Notes: generated from the sequence alone by a model not told the origin. Shown: positions 38,957 to 48,238, counted from the first letter of the stretch. The stretch: DNA of 64,000 nt from Nitrospira sp. (GCA_047150005.1 AP038806.1:160001-224000); one strand, 5' to 3'. A program made the numbers and translations.

Positions 38957-39561
38957 GGCTGTCCCCCTAGCCCGAAATATCTCACCACCTTGCCTGGATT
39001 TCCTGCAACGACCGCATGCGCCGGCACATCCCTCGTCACAACCGCACCGGCCCCGATCAGCGCGTGTTCCCCGATCACCAGACTGGCAAGAATCGTCGCG
39101 CCGGACCCGATAGAAGCACCCCGCTTCACCACTGTTGTTTCGACTTTCCAATCCGCCTCGGTCTGTAAAGAGCCCGCCGCCGTGGTCGCGCGAGGAAAGG
39201 TGTCGTTCACGAACGTGACGTTATGTCCGACGAAGACTTCGTCTTCAATCGTCACCCCCTCGCAAATGAAGGTATGGCTCGAGATTTTGCACCGTTTCCC
39301 AACCTTGGCATTCTTCTGAATCTCAACAAATGCTCCGATCTTCGTGTCGTCGCCGACTTCACACCCGTAGAGGTTGACGAACTTGGAAAATTTCACATTC
39401 TTCCCGACTCTGACATCGGGTGCGATGCAGAGATACCCGTTGATCGGCACCGCATTCATCTCCGATTCCAGGATGCGATGCGGCGGATCGGGAGCCGTTC
39501 TACTGTCATGCTCGGTGTCCGGGGCCGTATGTCCGAGCGCTCGTTCCGTCGTATGTTCCAT
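38953..39561 (-). CDS. Hexapeptide-repeat N-acetyltransferase (WbpD-like); alternative start 39459
   Basis: IGAFVEIQK, FVNDTFPR, GASIGSGATI and AGNPG motifs. Confidence 0.88.
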   Translation of the reverse strand: MEHTTERALGHTAPDTEHDSRTAPDPPHRILESEMNAVPINGYLCIAPDVRVGKNVKFSKFVNLYGCEVGDDTKIGAFVEIQKNAKVGKRCKISSHTFICEGVTIEDEVFVGHNVTFVNDTFPRATTAAGSLQTEADWKVETTVVKRGASIGSGATILASLVIGEHALIGAGAVVTRDVPAHAVVAGNPGKVVRYFGLGGQP

Positions 39562-39648
39562 CGCATTCTCCGTAATGATGAGATCGGCTGTCGTGAGGCC
39601 CGACGCATTGCACGCAGGCGCAGCTGATGTCAGAAGAGGAAGCGGGAA

Positions 39649-42006
39649 CTATTGCCTGACGTTCTCGACCGAACGGTCACGACCGTAGAACGTACTATAT
39701 CCGTACACATAGTGCTCCATACTCTGCGCATCGAGCCCGTTGAGAATCACTTGCCGTCGCGTTGTCAGGCTCAGCATCGTGAAGGCCTTTTGCACCAGGT
39801 GTTTGGGCGAATGTCCTGCACGGATCACCAACACAAGCTCATCGGCCAGGCTCGCCAAGATGCCCGTGGTTGCGCTGGACAAGACGGGCGGCGTATTGAG
39901 AATGACATACTGAAATTGTGCGCGAAGCTCCGGTAGGATCCCTTTCAGCTGCTGAATCATCCCGAGCTCATTCCGTTCGCCGTACGTTCCCTCGTCTCCA
40001 CCGGCCGTCATGATTGAACATGGATACTCGTCGATCACCGACACACAATCATCCAGTGACGCCTGGCCATCCAGCAATTCGATCAGCCCTGCCTGAGCAG
40101 GCGAGCTGACATAGTGATGGAGGGCCGGCCGTTGAAAGTCGCAATCGATGAGCAGGGTCTTTTTCCCGAAGTCTCGCGCAATGACATAGCCTAAATTTAC
40201 CACCGTGGTTGTCTTGCCCTCGCCCATCAACGCACTGGTGATTTCCACAATCGTGGAATGGCGTCCCTCGGTGGAGAGGACCAGTTTTGTGGCAGCCATC
40301 TTATACTGTTCGGTGGCAATCGAACGAGGTTGCCACTTGGCGACCAGATTCAGGTTTGCTGGAGTGATTTCGTTCCTGTTCCCCGATGAGGCCCGAGACA
40401 TGCTCCTCGCCGCTGTTTGTACCACCGGCAGGCCGGGGCGATCGTCGCCGGTCACCCGAGAGCCGATCTTCGGCATTGTGCTGATCTGAGGACTCACGGT
40501 GAAGAACTGGGGTATGGTCGCCAACACATGGATGCCGGGCAGGACTTCTATGTCTTCTCGACGTCGAAATGTCGGATTCAACCGATCCAGACCGACCGCA
40601 AGACCGACACCGAGTCCGCATCCTCCCACCAGGCCAAGGATCATGATCACCAATCGATTCGGTTTCTCCGGCTTCTGCGGAAGGTGCGCGGGGTCCAGTA
40701 TGCGGAACTGTTCCCCTTGTTGACGTTTTTCAAGATTTTCCGCCACGTGTGCGTTTAATCGTTTATCCAGTAATGCTTGGTAGTTCTTTTTTCTGTTTTC
40801 ATAGTCGCGCACCAGGATCATGAGCTCCTGTTCGCGCGACGGTGTCTGTCCCACAAACCCTTCCGTTTCCTCGATTTGTTCCACAAGTCTCGCTCGGCGA
40901 TCCCTGATTGCCGACAGTTCGGTTCGCAAGTCATTTCGGTGCTTTAGCAGCTCTCTCACATAGGGATCATAGATTTTCTGGCTCCCGCCGTCCTTGTCGG
41001 TCGTCTGCGCACTGTATTTCTCAGCCAACTGAGCCTTGACATCTTCAATCTCCCGCCTCGTCACGGCAATGTCGGGATAGGTCTCCTTCCACTCCGCTTT
41101 GAGGGCGGTCAGTCGCCGCTCCAATTCGTGCAAGCGAGCGACCAGCGGATTGATCACCGTAGTCACGGGCTTAGAATTGTCGGAGTCCGCACTGGTGCCC
41201 CCGCTCGCTTCGTACTCCTTGATCGATTTTTCCACCTTGTTCAACCGGTCGGTTTGACCGTGCAGCAGGTCATCCGTCGCGGTCAGGTCCGTTTGCAGTC
41301 GATCCAGCGCTCGTAGATTCGCCTCCATCTGCTCCGGCAACTGGCCCATATATTTTGTCTTATACTTGCTGATGGCATCCTCTTGTGTCTCCAGCGCCTT
41401 CTTGGCCTCAAACAATTCTTGTTCGAGAAAGACGGACACCCCGGTCACGAGCTGTTCGCGCACTTTGATATTTTCCTCGATAAACAACGAGGCGAGCTTC
41501 GCCGTCACCTCCATGGCCGTCGTCGGACTTTCATGAGCAAAAGAAAGAGTGACCGCCTCGACGCTCCTGCCCCATGCGCCGGGAGTGCCGACGGTCTCCA
41601 CTCTGATCATTTTGCGAAATGTCTCAATAGCCGACTCGAGGCCCTCCCGGTTGATCTGTGCCCCATAGAGATCGTATTCGTCCAAAATCTGACTCAAGAT
41701 CGTCCGGCTCATCACCTGTTGCTGAATCATCGTCAGTCGCTGTTCGACATTGGCCCCTCCGATGCCCTTGACGTAATCTTCTGGGATCTTCTGATTTTCA
41801 ATCAGGATCAGGGTATTGGAGCGATAGCTTTTCGGCAGAACTGCGCAGAGCGTGGCCGCAATAGCGATCCCGGCCACAACAGAGCCAAGCACGAGCCATC
41901 TTCTGCGTAAGATGTTGCCCCAATACTCCCGCATCTGCACCGACAACGGTTCTCCCGGTGGCTCATGAGGAGCAAGCATCTCTCGTTCGTTCATGCTCAT
42001 TTCCAC
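39649..42006 (-). CDS. Wzz/Wzc polysaccharide co-polymerase with BY-kinase domain
   Basis: Two TM segments, periplasmic coiled coil, GEQFRILDPA..P.KP, Walker A GEGKTT, IDCD, Tyr-rich C-terminus. Confidence 0.9.
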   Translation of the reverse strand: MEMSMNEREMLAPHEPPGEPLSVQMREYWGNILRRRWLVLGSVVAGIAIAATLCAVLPKSYRSNTLILIENQKIPEDYVKGIGGANVEQRLTMIQQQVMSRTILSQILDEYDLYGAQINREGLESAIETFRKMIRVETVGTPGAWGRSVEAVTLSFAHESPTTAMEVTAKLASLFIEENIKVREQLVTGVSVFLEQELFEAKKALETQEDAISKYKTKYMGQLPEQMEANLRALDRLQTDLTATDDLLHGQTDRLNKVEKSIKEYEASGGTSADSDNSKPVTTVINPLVARLHELERRLTALKAEWKETYPDIAVTRREIEDVKAQLAEKYSAQTTDKDGGSQKIYDPYVRELLKHRNDLRTELSAIRDRRARLVEQIEETEGFVGQTPSREQELMILVRDYENRKKNYQALLDKRLNAHVAENLEKRQQGEQFRILDPAHLPQKPEKPNRLVIMILGLVGGCGLGVGLAVGLDRLNPTFRRREDIEVLPGIHVLATIPQFFTVSPQISTMPKIGSRVTGDDRPGLPVVQTAARSMSRASSGNRNEITPANLNLVAKWQPRSIATEQYKMAATKLVLSTEGRHSTIVEITSALMGEGKTTTVVNLGYVIARDFGKKTLLIDCDFQRPALHHYVSSPAQAGLIELLDGQASLDDCVSVIDEYPCSIMTAGGDEGTYGERNELGMIQQLKGILPELRAQFQYVILNTPPVLSSATTGILASLADELVLVIRAGHSPKHLVQKAFTMLSLTTRRQVILNGLDAQSMEHYVYGYSTFYGRDRSVENVRQ

Positions 42007-42042
42007 TCCGCCGTCAAGCTGAGGTGGACCGGATTGCGGTCC

Positions 42043-42333
42043 TTAACACTCTCTTCCCACTTTGACCAACGCCATTCGAAGGCTGTTATAGTCCACCCAC
42101 AATTCAGCCACCTTGTTTTTCAGCATGCGATTTTCCCGCTCGAGATCGCCGACACGTCCCGCCGTTTTCGCCGGTTGCCGATCGCCGAACTTATCCAACC
42201 ACAGGCTGAACGTACGCCGCGAGATCCCGTAGCGGGTACACACTTCCTTCGGCGTTGCGATGATGCCCTCCGCCACAATCCGCCGGCGATCCGTTTCCGT
42301 AAATGACGCTCGTTTTCTGGGTTTGTTGGCCAT
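42043..42333 (-). CDS. Stand-alone IS3-OrfA-like HTH/leucine-zipper protein
   Basis: EVCTRYGISRRTFSLW and LERENRMLKNKVAEL align with the OrfA at 16633-16899. No OrfB or IR is adjacent. Confidence 0.65.
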   Translation of the reverse strand: MANKPRKRASFTETDRRRIVAEGIIATPKEVCTRYGISRRTFSLWLDKFGDRQPAKTAGRVGDLERENRMLKNKVAELWVDYNSLRMALVKVGREC

Positions 42334-42371
42334 CGAGCGAGTTCGACGAGGAGAGTGCGGAGCGAGGCCGG

Positions 42372-42932
42372 TTAGGCGAAGGAGAGTTCCCCGGCAGGTG
42401 TATCCAGCACGACTTCATCGGTGTCGATATGTACGAGTGCCGCCTGCTGGATCAGGTGAGCGCGGATGATGAGGCAGTTGTGGCTGCCTTTTCTGACCAT
42501 CTGTCCCCGGAGTCCCGCCAAAGGGCCGCGCACGACTCGAACCCATGTCCCTTCGATGAAGTACTCGCACGATTCCGCGTGACGTTGGCTCGTGCAGAGC
42601 TTCTGGATCGCCGCTAATTCTTCCTGAGGGATCGGCTCGGGGTTCAGACATCCGACGATGCGGACGACGCCCGGCGTTTGCAGGATTGCCAGTCGGTTCG
42701 CCAGCGAGAAACGCGCGAAGCAGTATCCGGAAAAGAGCGGCAGAACCGTCCACACCTTGCGGTCCGTCCATCGGCGAAGACTCTTCGTCAGAGGCAGCAA
42801 CGGCTCGACGCCGATGGCGCTGAGTCGATCGCGCACCTGCTTTTCATGGCGCGAATGTGTCTTCAGCGCAAACCACTGCGGTTCGGGAAGCACGTTGCAC
42901 TCATGAAGCGGTTGTTCGTGAGTCGTAAGCAC
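42372..42932 (-). CDS. NusG-paralog antiterminator (UpxY/RfaH/LoaP-like)
   Basis: WFALKTHSRHEKQV, PLFSGYCF (NGN domain) and VRVVRGPLAGLRG (KOW). Confidence 0.9.
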   Translation of the reverse strand: MLTTHEQPLHECNVLPEPQWFALKTHSRHEKQVRDRLSAIGVEPLLPLTKSLRRWTDRKVWTVLPLFSGYCFARFSLANRLAILQTPGVVRIVGCLNPEPIPQEELAAIQKLCTSQRHAESCEYFIEGTWVRVVRGPLAGLRGQMVRKGSHNCLIIRAHLIQQAALVHIDTDEVVLDTPAGELSFA

Positions 42933-43425
42933 AGCTTCGCCCCGTCAGTCCCATCCGGATGAGGCACTCTTCTACAAGATGTTCGACTGGCCACGCATCG
43001 GATGAATGTGCTTTTCTCGGACAAGCAGTAAGGAATCCTGTCGGCACATATGTGCCGGCTGTGGACGGCTGAAAAACCGTGCCAGACAGGCCTCCGTACA
43101 AAAGTGGACCGGCTCGGGCTGGTGGAATATTGCGGCTATTATTTTGTACTCCGAAACATTTCAGATACTTAATGGCCTTGACCCGAACTTCGCCTGGGCG
43201 ACGGGGATGGAGGGATGCTGAAACACGGTGATCACGTAACACGAACGAGACACTGCCGATACCCCCAAACCGGCCGCTCTTTTTATTTTCCCCCTCCTTA
43301 GGTAGGGCTAATATGCCCTAGAGACGTCTGGTATATTCGGCCCCGGACAGCGGCCGGATGCTTCGAACCTTATTCCCAAATTGAATTGCCCTCCGGGACT
43401 CAGCTGGTGTCCCGAGGACTCATCC

Positions 43426-44121
43426 ATGAACATTGGGAAACAGGGATCGAGCATCAAGGTCGTGATCGTGAGCAGCAATACCTTCTTGAGAGTGGGTCTG
43501 CATCGCACCTTCGATGCTCATCCCGGAATCGAAGTAGTGGGCGAATCTCACGCAGGTCCCTCCGCTCACGACCTGGTGCAGAGGACGCGTCCGGATCTCA
43601 TCGTCATCGATCTCGATCAGGATACGAGGCGGGTCGACTTCGTCACCATCTTCCGGCAATCCGTTCCGCATGCGCGCGTGGTCGTGCTGGCCGGCTGGGG
43701 TGACATGGAGTTGGGGCGGCAGGCGCTGGAAGTCGGCGCCGACGTGATCATGATGAAATGTCAGCCCGCATCGATTCTCCTGGCCATTCTGGAGAGCATG
43801 GCTCGCAATTACCCCACACCACCGAGCGCCACGCCGGCCCTCGCCGTCAGATCGGAGAGCGGTGAGAAGCCGCCGATCGGAAAGATGGTGCCCGTGCCGA
43901 GTCCGAAGACGGATTCCTTGACCGACCGCGAGCGAGCCGTGGTGGCGCTGGTCGGACGAGGCCTTTCCAATCGCGATATCGGAGAACGACTCTGCATTTC
44001 GGAGACGACGGTGCGTCATCATCTGACGAGCATCTTCGACAAACTGGGCGTCTCGAACCGCCAAAAGCTCCTTCTGCTCGCGCATCAGTGCGGACTGACC
44101 GAGATCACCGCCTCCGCCTGA
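43426..44121 (+). CDS. LuxR/NarL-family response regulator
   Basis: REC domain (PDLIVID) and HTH LTDRERAVV..GLSNRDIGERLCISETTVRHH. Confidence 0.9.
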   Translation: MNIGKQGSSIKVVIVSSNTFLRVGLHRTFDAHPGIEVVGESHAGPSAHDLVQRTRPDLIVIDLDQDTRRVDFVTIFRQSVPHARVVVLAGWGDMELGRQALEVGADVIMMKCQPASILLAILESMARNYPTPPSATPALAVRSESGEKPPIGKMVPVPSPKTDSLTDRERAVVALVGRGLSNRDIGERLCISETTVRHHLTSIFDKLGVSNRQKLLLLAHQCGLTEITASA

Positions 44122-44140
44122 GGTCAGTTTCTTCTTGCGT

Positions 44141-44162
44141 CATGCCCGCGAAGGCGGGCATG
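44141..44162. repeat. REP-like hairpin / possible terminator
   Basis: CATGCCCGC-GAAG-GCGGGCATG perfect 9-bp stem, just after the LuxR stop. Confidence 0.6.
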
Positions 44163-44259
44163 GCAAACGGACCCACTACCAATTTTCGGCGGGATCTTGA
44201 TTTTCCCGTCGGTTTCTGCAAAAGTTCCCCCTCCTCAGAACCAATCCGCCATTAAGAGC

Positions 44260-44335
44260 GCCGAGGTAGCTCAGTTGGCAGAGCACAGCCCTGAAAAGGC
44301 TGGTGTCGACAGTTCGATTCTGTCCCTCGGCACCA
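44260..44335 (+). tRNA. tRNA-Phe (GAA)
   Basis: 76-nt cloverleaf GCCGAGG...CCTCGGC-ACCA, anticodon arm CAGCC-CTGAAAA-GGCTG, T-loop GTTCGATT. Confidence 0.97.
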
Positions 44336-44349
44336 CTTCTTTCAATGAG

Positions 44350-45441
44350 TTAGCCTGTTGTTTTTTTGGCTGGCTTGGTTTTGGAGGTGCCACTTGTGGC
44401 ACTTTCAAGCAGCGTCACAGCCCTTCTCATCGCGGACTTCCCACCGTGTGAGTAATCAAACGTCGTCCCCTTGACCCGGTGTCCCAACAAGATCTGACGA
44501 ATCTCATAAGGGACGTCTAGGTCCTGTAACCACGTCGCAAATGTATGTCGCAGATCATGGAAACGGAGATCCGTAATCTCCGCCAACGCGAGCATTCGGA
44601 GCCACAGGTGCTTAAAAGAGTTGGCGTCCTTCCATCGTGGGAAAACCCTGCCCTGTAGACTCCACGGACCAGCAGCTTTGATCGCCCCCACAGCTTTCCG
44701 ATTCAAGGGCACCATTTCAGGAACGCCCTTGATCCGCGACCCCGCCGGCGGAAACCATCACCACCCATCGTCCTGTTTTTTGAGATCGGCATAATCCATC
44801 AGGACGATTTTTGCTTCCCGAACCCCGGTATTTAACGCAATAGTGGCCAAAAGATTTACATGGTGGCGGGCCTCCTTATCCCGTTCGTTGGTTGTTCTTG
44901 AAACGGTCCCTTCCAAGGCCTGGAGCTCCGCAAGGGTGGCCACGCATTTCCGCTTCTGGTACTGAGGAGCGGGCATCTTTCGGAGCCGGTTACGGTCCAG
45001 GTACTCATAATCCACTGCGCTGTTACGCAAGGCGCTCAAGACCGCACATTCTCTTTCAATGGTTCCTTCGACAGCCCCCTCTTTACGCCGATGCTCAATG
45101 TACGCAAGGCCATGGTCCATCCTCATAGAGCGAAGCGTGAGCGGTCCAAACCCGGGGATGAGGTGACAGCGCAACGCCGAGTCATTCCGTTTAGCAGCAG
45201 CCTGGTACTTAATATTCAGGTGCTTTAAATAAATTGGCGCAAAATCATTAAAAGTCACCTGCGGGCGGGCGGCCTCATCCACCATCCGATAGATTTCGGC
45301 GATCGCTTCATTCGTCAGACGCTTTTCCTCATCCCCCGTCAGGTTGATTCCCTTTAACCGAACGCGGTACCTATTCCGGCCGTACCAATACGTCAGGAGT
45401 GACTTCGTTCCCACCCTGGATTTCACGTGCTTGATATTCAC
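44350..45441 (-). pseudogene. Tyrosine integrase with a single in-frame TGA (44758-44760)
   Basis: The two ORFs are in the same frame (DDGW*WFPPAGSRIKGVPEMV). Catalytic R (TGVRE), K, HDLRH, LGH and Y are all present. Confidence 0.88.
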
Positions 45442-45659
45442 CGCGACACCCTGATCCGAAACATGGGGCCTGCCCTCCTCGCCTTCAACTTGTTCTCTTC
45501 AAGCTCTGTTTGTCTCCGTAACCACGCCTCTAACTCTTCTTTAACGAACCGCACGAGCCGGCCGGCATACACGCGGGGAATCGACTTGTTGTTGTAGACC
45601 GAATTGGGATTCTTGAATTTGAGGAAGGCCGCGGCCTCCGCAACCATCAACAAGGTCAT
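45438..45659 (-). CDS. Excisionase-like HTH protein
   Basis: LLMVAEAAAFL...VY...IP...GRLVRF..EEL..WL; overlaps the integrase start. Confidence 0.75.
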   Translation of the reverse strand: MTLLMVAEAAAFLKFKNPNSVYNNKSIPRVYAGRLVRFVKEELEAWLRRQTELEENKLKARRAGPMFRIRVSR

Positions 45660-45667
45660 GGCGAGCC

Positions 45668-45940
45668 CTATCCCCTTTCCTGACGCTCAGGCTTTTGGGT
45701 GTGAAATGGCCGAAGCTTTTCACTGAACCGTTGAGCCAGTTTTTGCTTCGCCTTATTGAAGACGATTTTCATCGCCTCCACGTCCTGATGCATCATCGCC
45801 ATGTCGGTAATCATCGTCGCTCGAATGTACTCCGAAACGCTCCACCCTTCCTGTGCTGCATACTTTTCCAAGAGTGCTTTTTCCTTCGGCGACACGCGAA
45901 CCACGATATTGACTGTCAAGATATCTGTTTCAGCTTTCAT
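45668..45940 (-). CDS. Ribbon-helix-helix (DUF1778/CopG-like) protein
   Basis: NIVVRVSPKEKALLEKYAAQEGWSVSEYIR; GGAGG RBS. Confidence 0.7.
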   Translation of the reverse strand: MKAETDILTVNIVVRVSPKEKALLEKYAAQEGWSVSEYIRATMITDMAMMHQDVEAMKIVFNKAKQKLAQRFSEKLRPFHTQKPERQERG

Positions 45941-45948
45941 GCAGCCTC

Positions 45949-45997
45949 CATGTTATGCTGACAGCATCACTGTCATGCTTTAGGCATAACATGTCAA
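45949..45997 (-). promoter_or_regulatory. Nested inverted repeats (putative operator) overlapping a TTGACA -35
   Basis: CATGTTATGC (45949-58) / GCATAACATG (45984-93) enclose TGACAG / CTGTCA; TTGACA on minus strand at 45997-45992. Confidence 0.55.
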
Positions 45998-46039
45998 GCC
46001 CAGGATAAGGCGCCGGCCGAATGAATTTCCAACTGGAAT

Positions 46040-46261
46040 TTAAAGGTCGTTGAACGAGTCTATGGAGAGGTTTGCCTGGCGGATTAGCTTTCGCAATAGC
46101 CCGATCCCAAGCTCGTCATGTTGAGGGATTGACAGGGTGTAATCATACCCGGGCTTCACCATCATGACATGGGACCCACGCTGCCGGGCCACCGTCCACC
46201 CTGCTCGCTGGAATTTTCTGACAGCTTCGGCCCCAGAACAGAGCTGAAGCGAAGGGGCCAT
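46040..46261 (-). CDS. hicA: HicA family toxin
   Basis: GW...RQRGSH...IPQH.EL.IGLLR.LIRQA motif. Confidence 0.9.
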   Translation of the reverse strand: MAPSLQLCSGAEAVRKFQRAGWTVARQRGSHVMMVKPGYDYTLSIPQHDELGIGLLRKLIRQANLSIDSFNDL

Positions 46262-46461
46262 TAAACCACGACCTCAATACTATGGGCCGGGTCGAAGGTC
46301 TGTTTCGATTCCATCACCTCAAGCCACCCCTCGATAGCTTCCTTGACGTTCGCTAAGGCTTCATCACGGGTTTTGCCTTGAGACAAACAACCGGGGAGAG
46401 CTGGAACCTCTGCTACATAGTAACCAGTCTCATCCTTTTCAATGACAACGTGAAGTTTCAT
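46261..46461 (-). CDS. hicB: HicB family antitoxin (short)
   Basis: YVAEVPALPGCLSQGKTRDEALANVKEAI; TAATG translational coupling to hicA. Confidence 0.9.
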   Translation of the reverse strand: MKLHVVIEKDETGYYVAEVPALPGCLSQGKTRDEALANVKEAIEGWLEVMESKQTFDPAHSIEVVV

Positions 46462-46480
46462 AGTGCCTTTTTCATCCGGG

Positions 46481-47203
46481 TCAATAGCAGTCGGTGTGAA
46501 CCACTCCGCCGATCACTTTACTTGTGCAGGAGACAGGTGGAGACCGCGGCGCAACCGGCATTCCCAGACCAGGCTGAACCGGTTTCACCACGACGGGGAG
46601 CTTGGAAACCGACAGTGACACGGACGGTTGAACCTGTCCGCCTTCCGCACCCTGACCCAGGAGGGAGAATTCGTGTTCGTACGGGCGCTGTTGCTCAATC
46701 GCCCGGGTCTGCTCTCTCGTTTCAATACGCGCCACGGCTCGCTTCGCGCGAACTGCCGGCTGATCACCCGCAAACTCGTCAGGGTGACCGAGCCGAAGGA
46801 GTTCCGCTTCGATCCCATCGAGACAGCGACGAGCAGTCGCCGGGTACGGTGCCCGCTGACAGGCTGCGGTTCTGATGCCTCTCAGCCATGCTTCCTGATC
46901 GGTCCTGGTCCACAGGCGGCGGAGCTCATCGGCTCCCTTCGCTCGGGCCAGCTCGATACGGAAATTGTCATCACGCGTCAAATGATCTCCGCGGAGCTTG
47001 GCTAACGCACCGTCGAGCGCGAGCACACATCCCTTCCGGCTCTCAGGTCCCGGAAGCCGAGTGCAGGTTTCCATCATAGGGCCGCGGAGCCATGTTCGTG
47101 TTGCCGCCACATCCTGCACATTGCGTTCTGCCGGGGTAGGCGGGCCCCCTGCACACCCGGTGATGGCGGCAAACCCGAGGACAATACCAAGGCCTCGTCT
47201 CAT
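46481..47203 (-). CDS. Hypothetical lipoprotein
   Basis: Lipobox ITGC, RBS AGGAGG, Cys pairs, C-terminal VSCTSKVIGGVVHTDCY. Confidence 0.6.
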   Translation of the reverse strand: MRRGLGIVLGFAAITGCAGGPPTPAERNVQDVAATRTWLRGPMMETCTRLPGPESRKGCVLALDGALAKLRGDHLTRDDNFRIELARAKGADELRRLWTRTDQEAWLRGIRTAACQRAPYPATARRCLDGIEAELLRLGHPDEFAGDQPAVRAKRAVARIETREQTRAIEQQRPYEHEFSLLGQGAEGGQVQPSVSLSVSKLPVVVKPVQPGLGMPVAPRSPPVSCTSKVIGGVVHTDCY

Positions 47204-47331
47204 GCTGTTCCCTCCTAATATGCCGACGGGAACCAGATGCAGGTGAGCCCATCTTACGCCTGATTCCAGTGAGATTGCGAGTCACAATTGGCCGGAGTAG
47301 GTCTAAGGAGAAGGTCCCAGTCGGGTGTTGT

Positions 47332-47354
47332 GAGGACGCCGTGATGGCGTCTTC
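47332..47354. terminator. Hairpin downstream of TrmH gene
   Basis: GAGGACGCC-GTGAT-GGCGTCTTC stem; no clear U-tract. Confidence 0.35.
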
Positions 47355-47371
47355 CAGATGTGTCAGAGGAG

Positions 47372-48238
47372 TTACTGTTTCGGAAGCCGCTGTAGGACGT
47401 GGGCGGCAATGGCGACCGTGGAGGCGACGTTGAGCGACTCCATGCGCCGGCTCAATGGAATCGTCACGCGACGGATGGCGAGTGTCTTCGTTTCCTCGGA
47501 GAGCCCCTGTCCCTCGCTGCCGACAGCCAGAATCAAGCGCGGCGGCACATGCTCGATCTTATCCAAATCCACCACGTCCGGCCCACCGACCTCGGCGGCA
47601 AACAGACAACAGCCCCGACGCACCAACGGCGACGCCGAGCCGGTTACGAACACCGGCAGGCAGAGCAGCCCTCCGCTCGTCGCCCGGACGACCTTGGGAT
47701 GGTATCGATCCGCCGAGTCGGGCGTCAGCCACAGGGCGCTCACGCCGAGAGCCGCGGCGGTCCGAATGATCGTGCCGACGTTCAGCGGGTCCTGGATCCC
47801 TTCCCCATAGATGCCGAATAGCGTCGGACGGTCGAGCATCTCCGCTTCGTTCCATTCTGGCCGGACGGCGATTGCAAGAATGCCCTGGGTGGTGTTGAGG
47901 TCGGACAGTCCGGCAAAGACACGTTCCGGACAGCTATAAGAAAGGCATGCCGCGGCGACGCGGAGCCGGCGGTCGCGCGGTTGTTCCCGTTCGCGATAGC
48001 CGGGCGTCGTCACGACGGAACGGACGAGCGAAGGATGATGGGCGAGGAGATCCCGCACCGCCTTGGCGCCTTCGATCACGAAGACGCCGTCGGCCTCTCG
48101 AGCGTGTTTATCCCGGATGAGCTCTCGAATGTGCGCGGTCTGCGCGCGGGTCAGTGGAGAGTCGGCGGAGGACACCCGATGTCGCCGTACGGCGCGGCGC
48201 TCAGCGGCGCTTCCGCCCCGAGGCTGCCTCTGCGGCAC
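47372..48238 (-). CDS. TrmH/SpoU family RNA methyltransferase
   Basis: IQDPLNVGTIIRTAAALG, GSEGQGL and ESLNVA motifs. Confidence 0.92.
   Translation of the reverse strand: MPQRQPRGGSAAERRAVRRHRVSSADSPLTRAQTAHIRELIRDKHAREADGVFVIEGAKAVRDLLAHHPSLVRSVVTTPGYREREQPRDRRLRVAAACLSYSCPERVFAGLSDLNTTQGILAIAVRPEWNEAEMLDRPTLFGIYGEGIQDPLNVGTIIRTAAALGVSALWLTPDSADRYHPKVVRATSGGLLCLPVFVTGSASPLVRRGCCLFAAEVGGPDVVDLDKIEHVPPRLILAVGSEGQGLSEETKTLAIRRVTIPLSRRMESLNVASTVAIAAHVLQRLPKQ

Noticed and set aside
38228..39319. 363-aa plus ORF, and the extended DegT start at 39151
   Set aside because: The plus ORF is a shadow. The DegT extension overlaps the acetyltransferase; the real start is 38956.
43069..43085. Sigma54 promoter TGGCACGGTTTTTCA on the minus strand
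   Set aside because: The -24 element is excellent but the -12 GC is replaced by CA, so it was not called.
44758..44760. Selenocysteine or Trp read-through of the integrase TGA
   Set aside because: TGA is used as a normal stop throughout the window, no convincing SECIS was seen, and there is no catalytic Cys role. A nonsense mutation or sequencing error is simpler.
44336..47371. attR copy of the tRNA-Phe 3' end / prophage
   Set aside because: No direct repeat found by eye, and no structural or replication phage genes.
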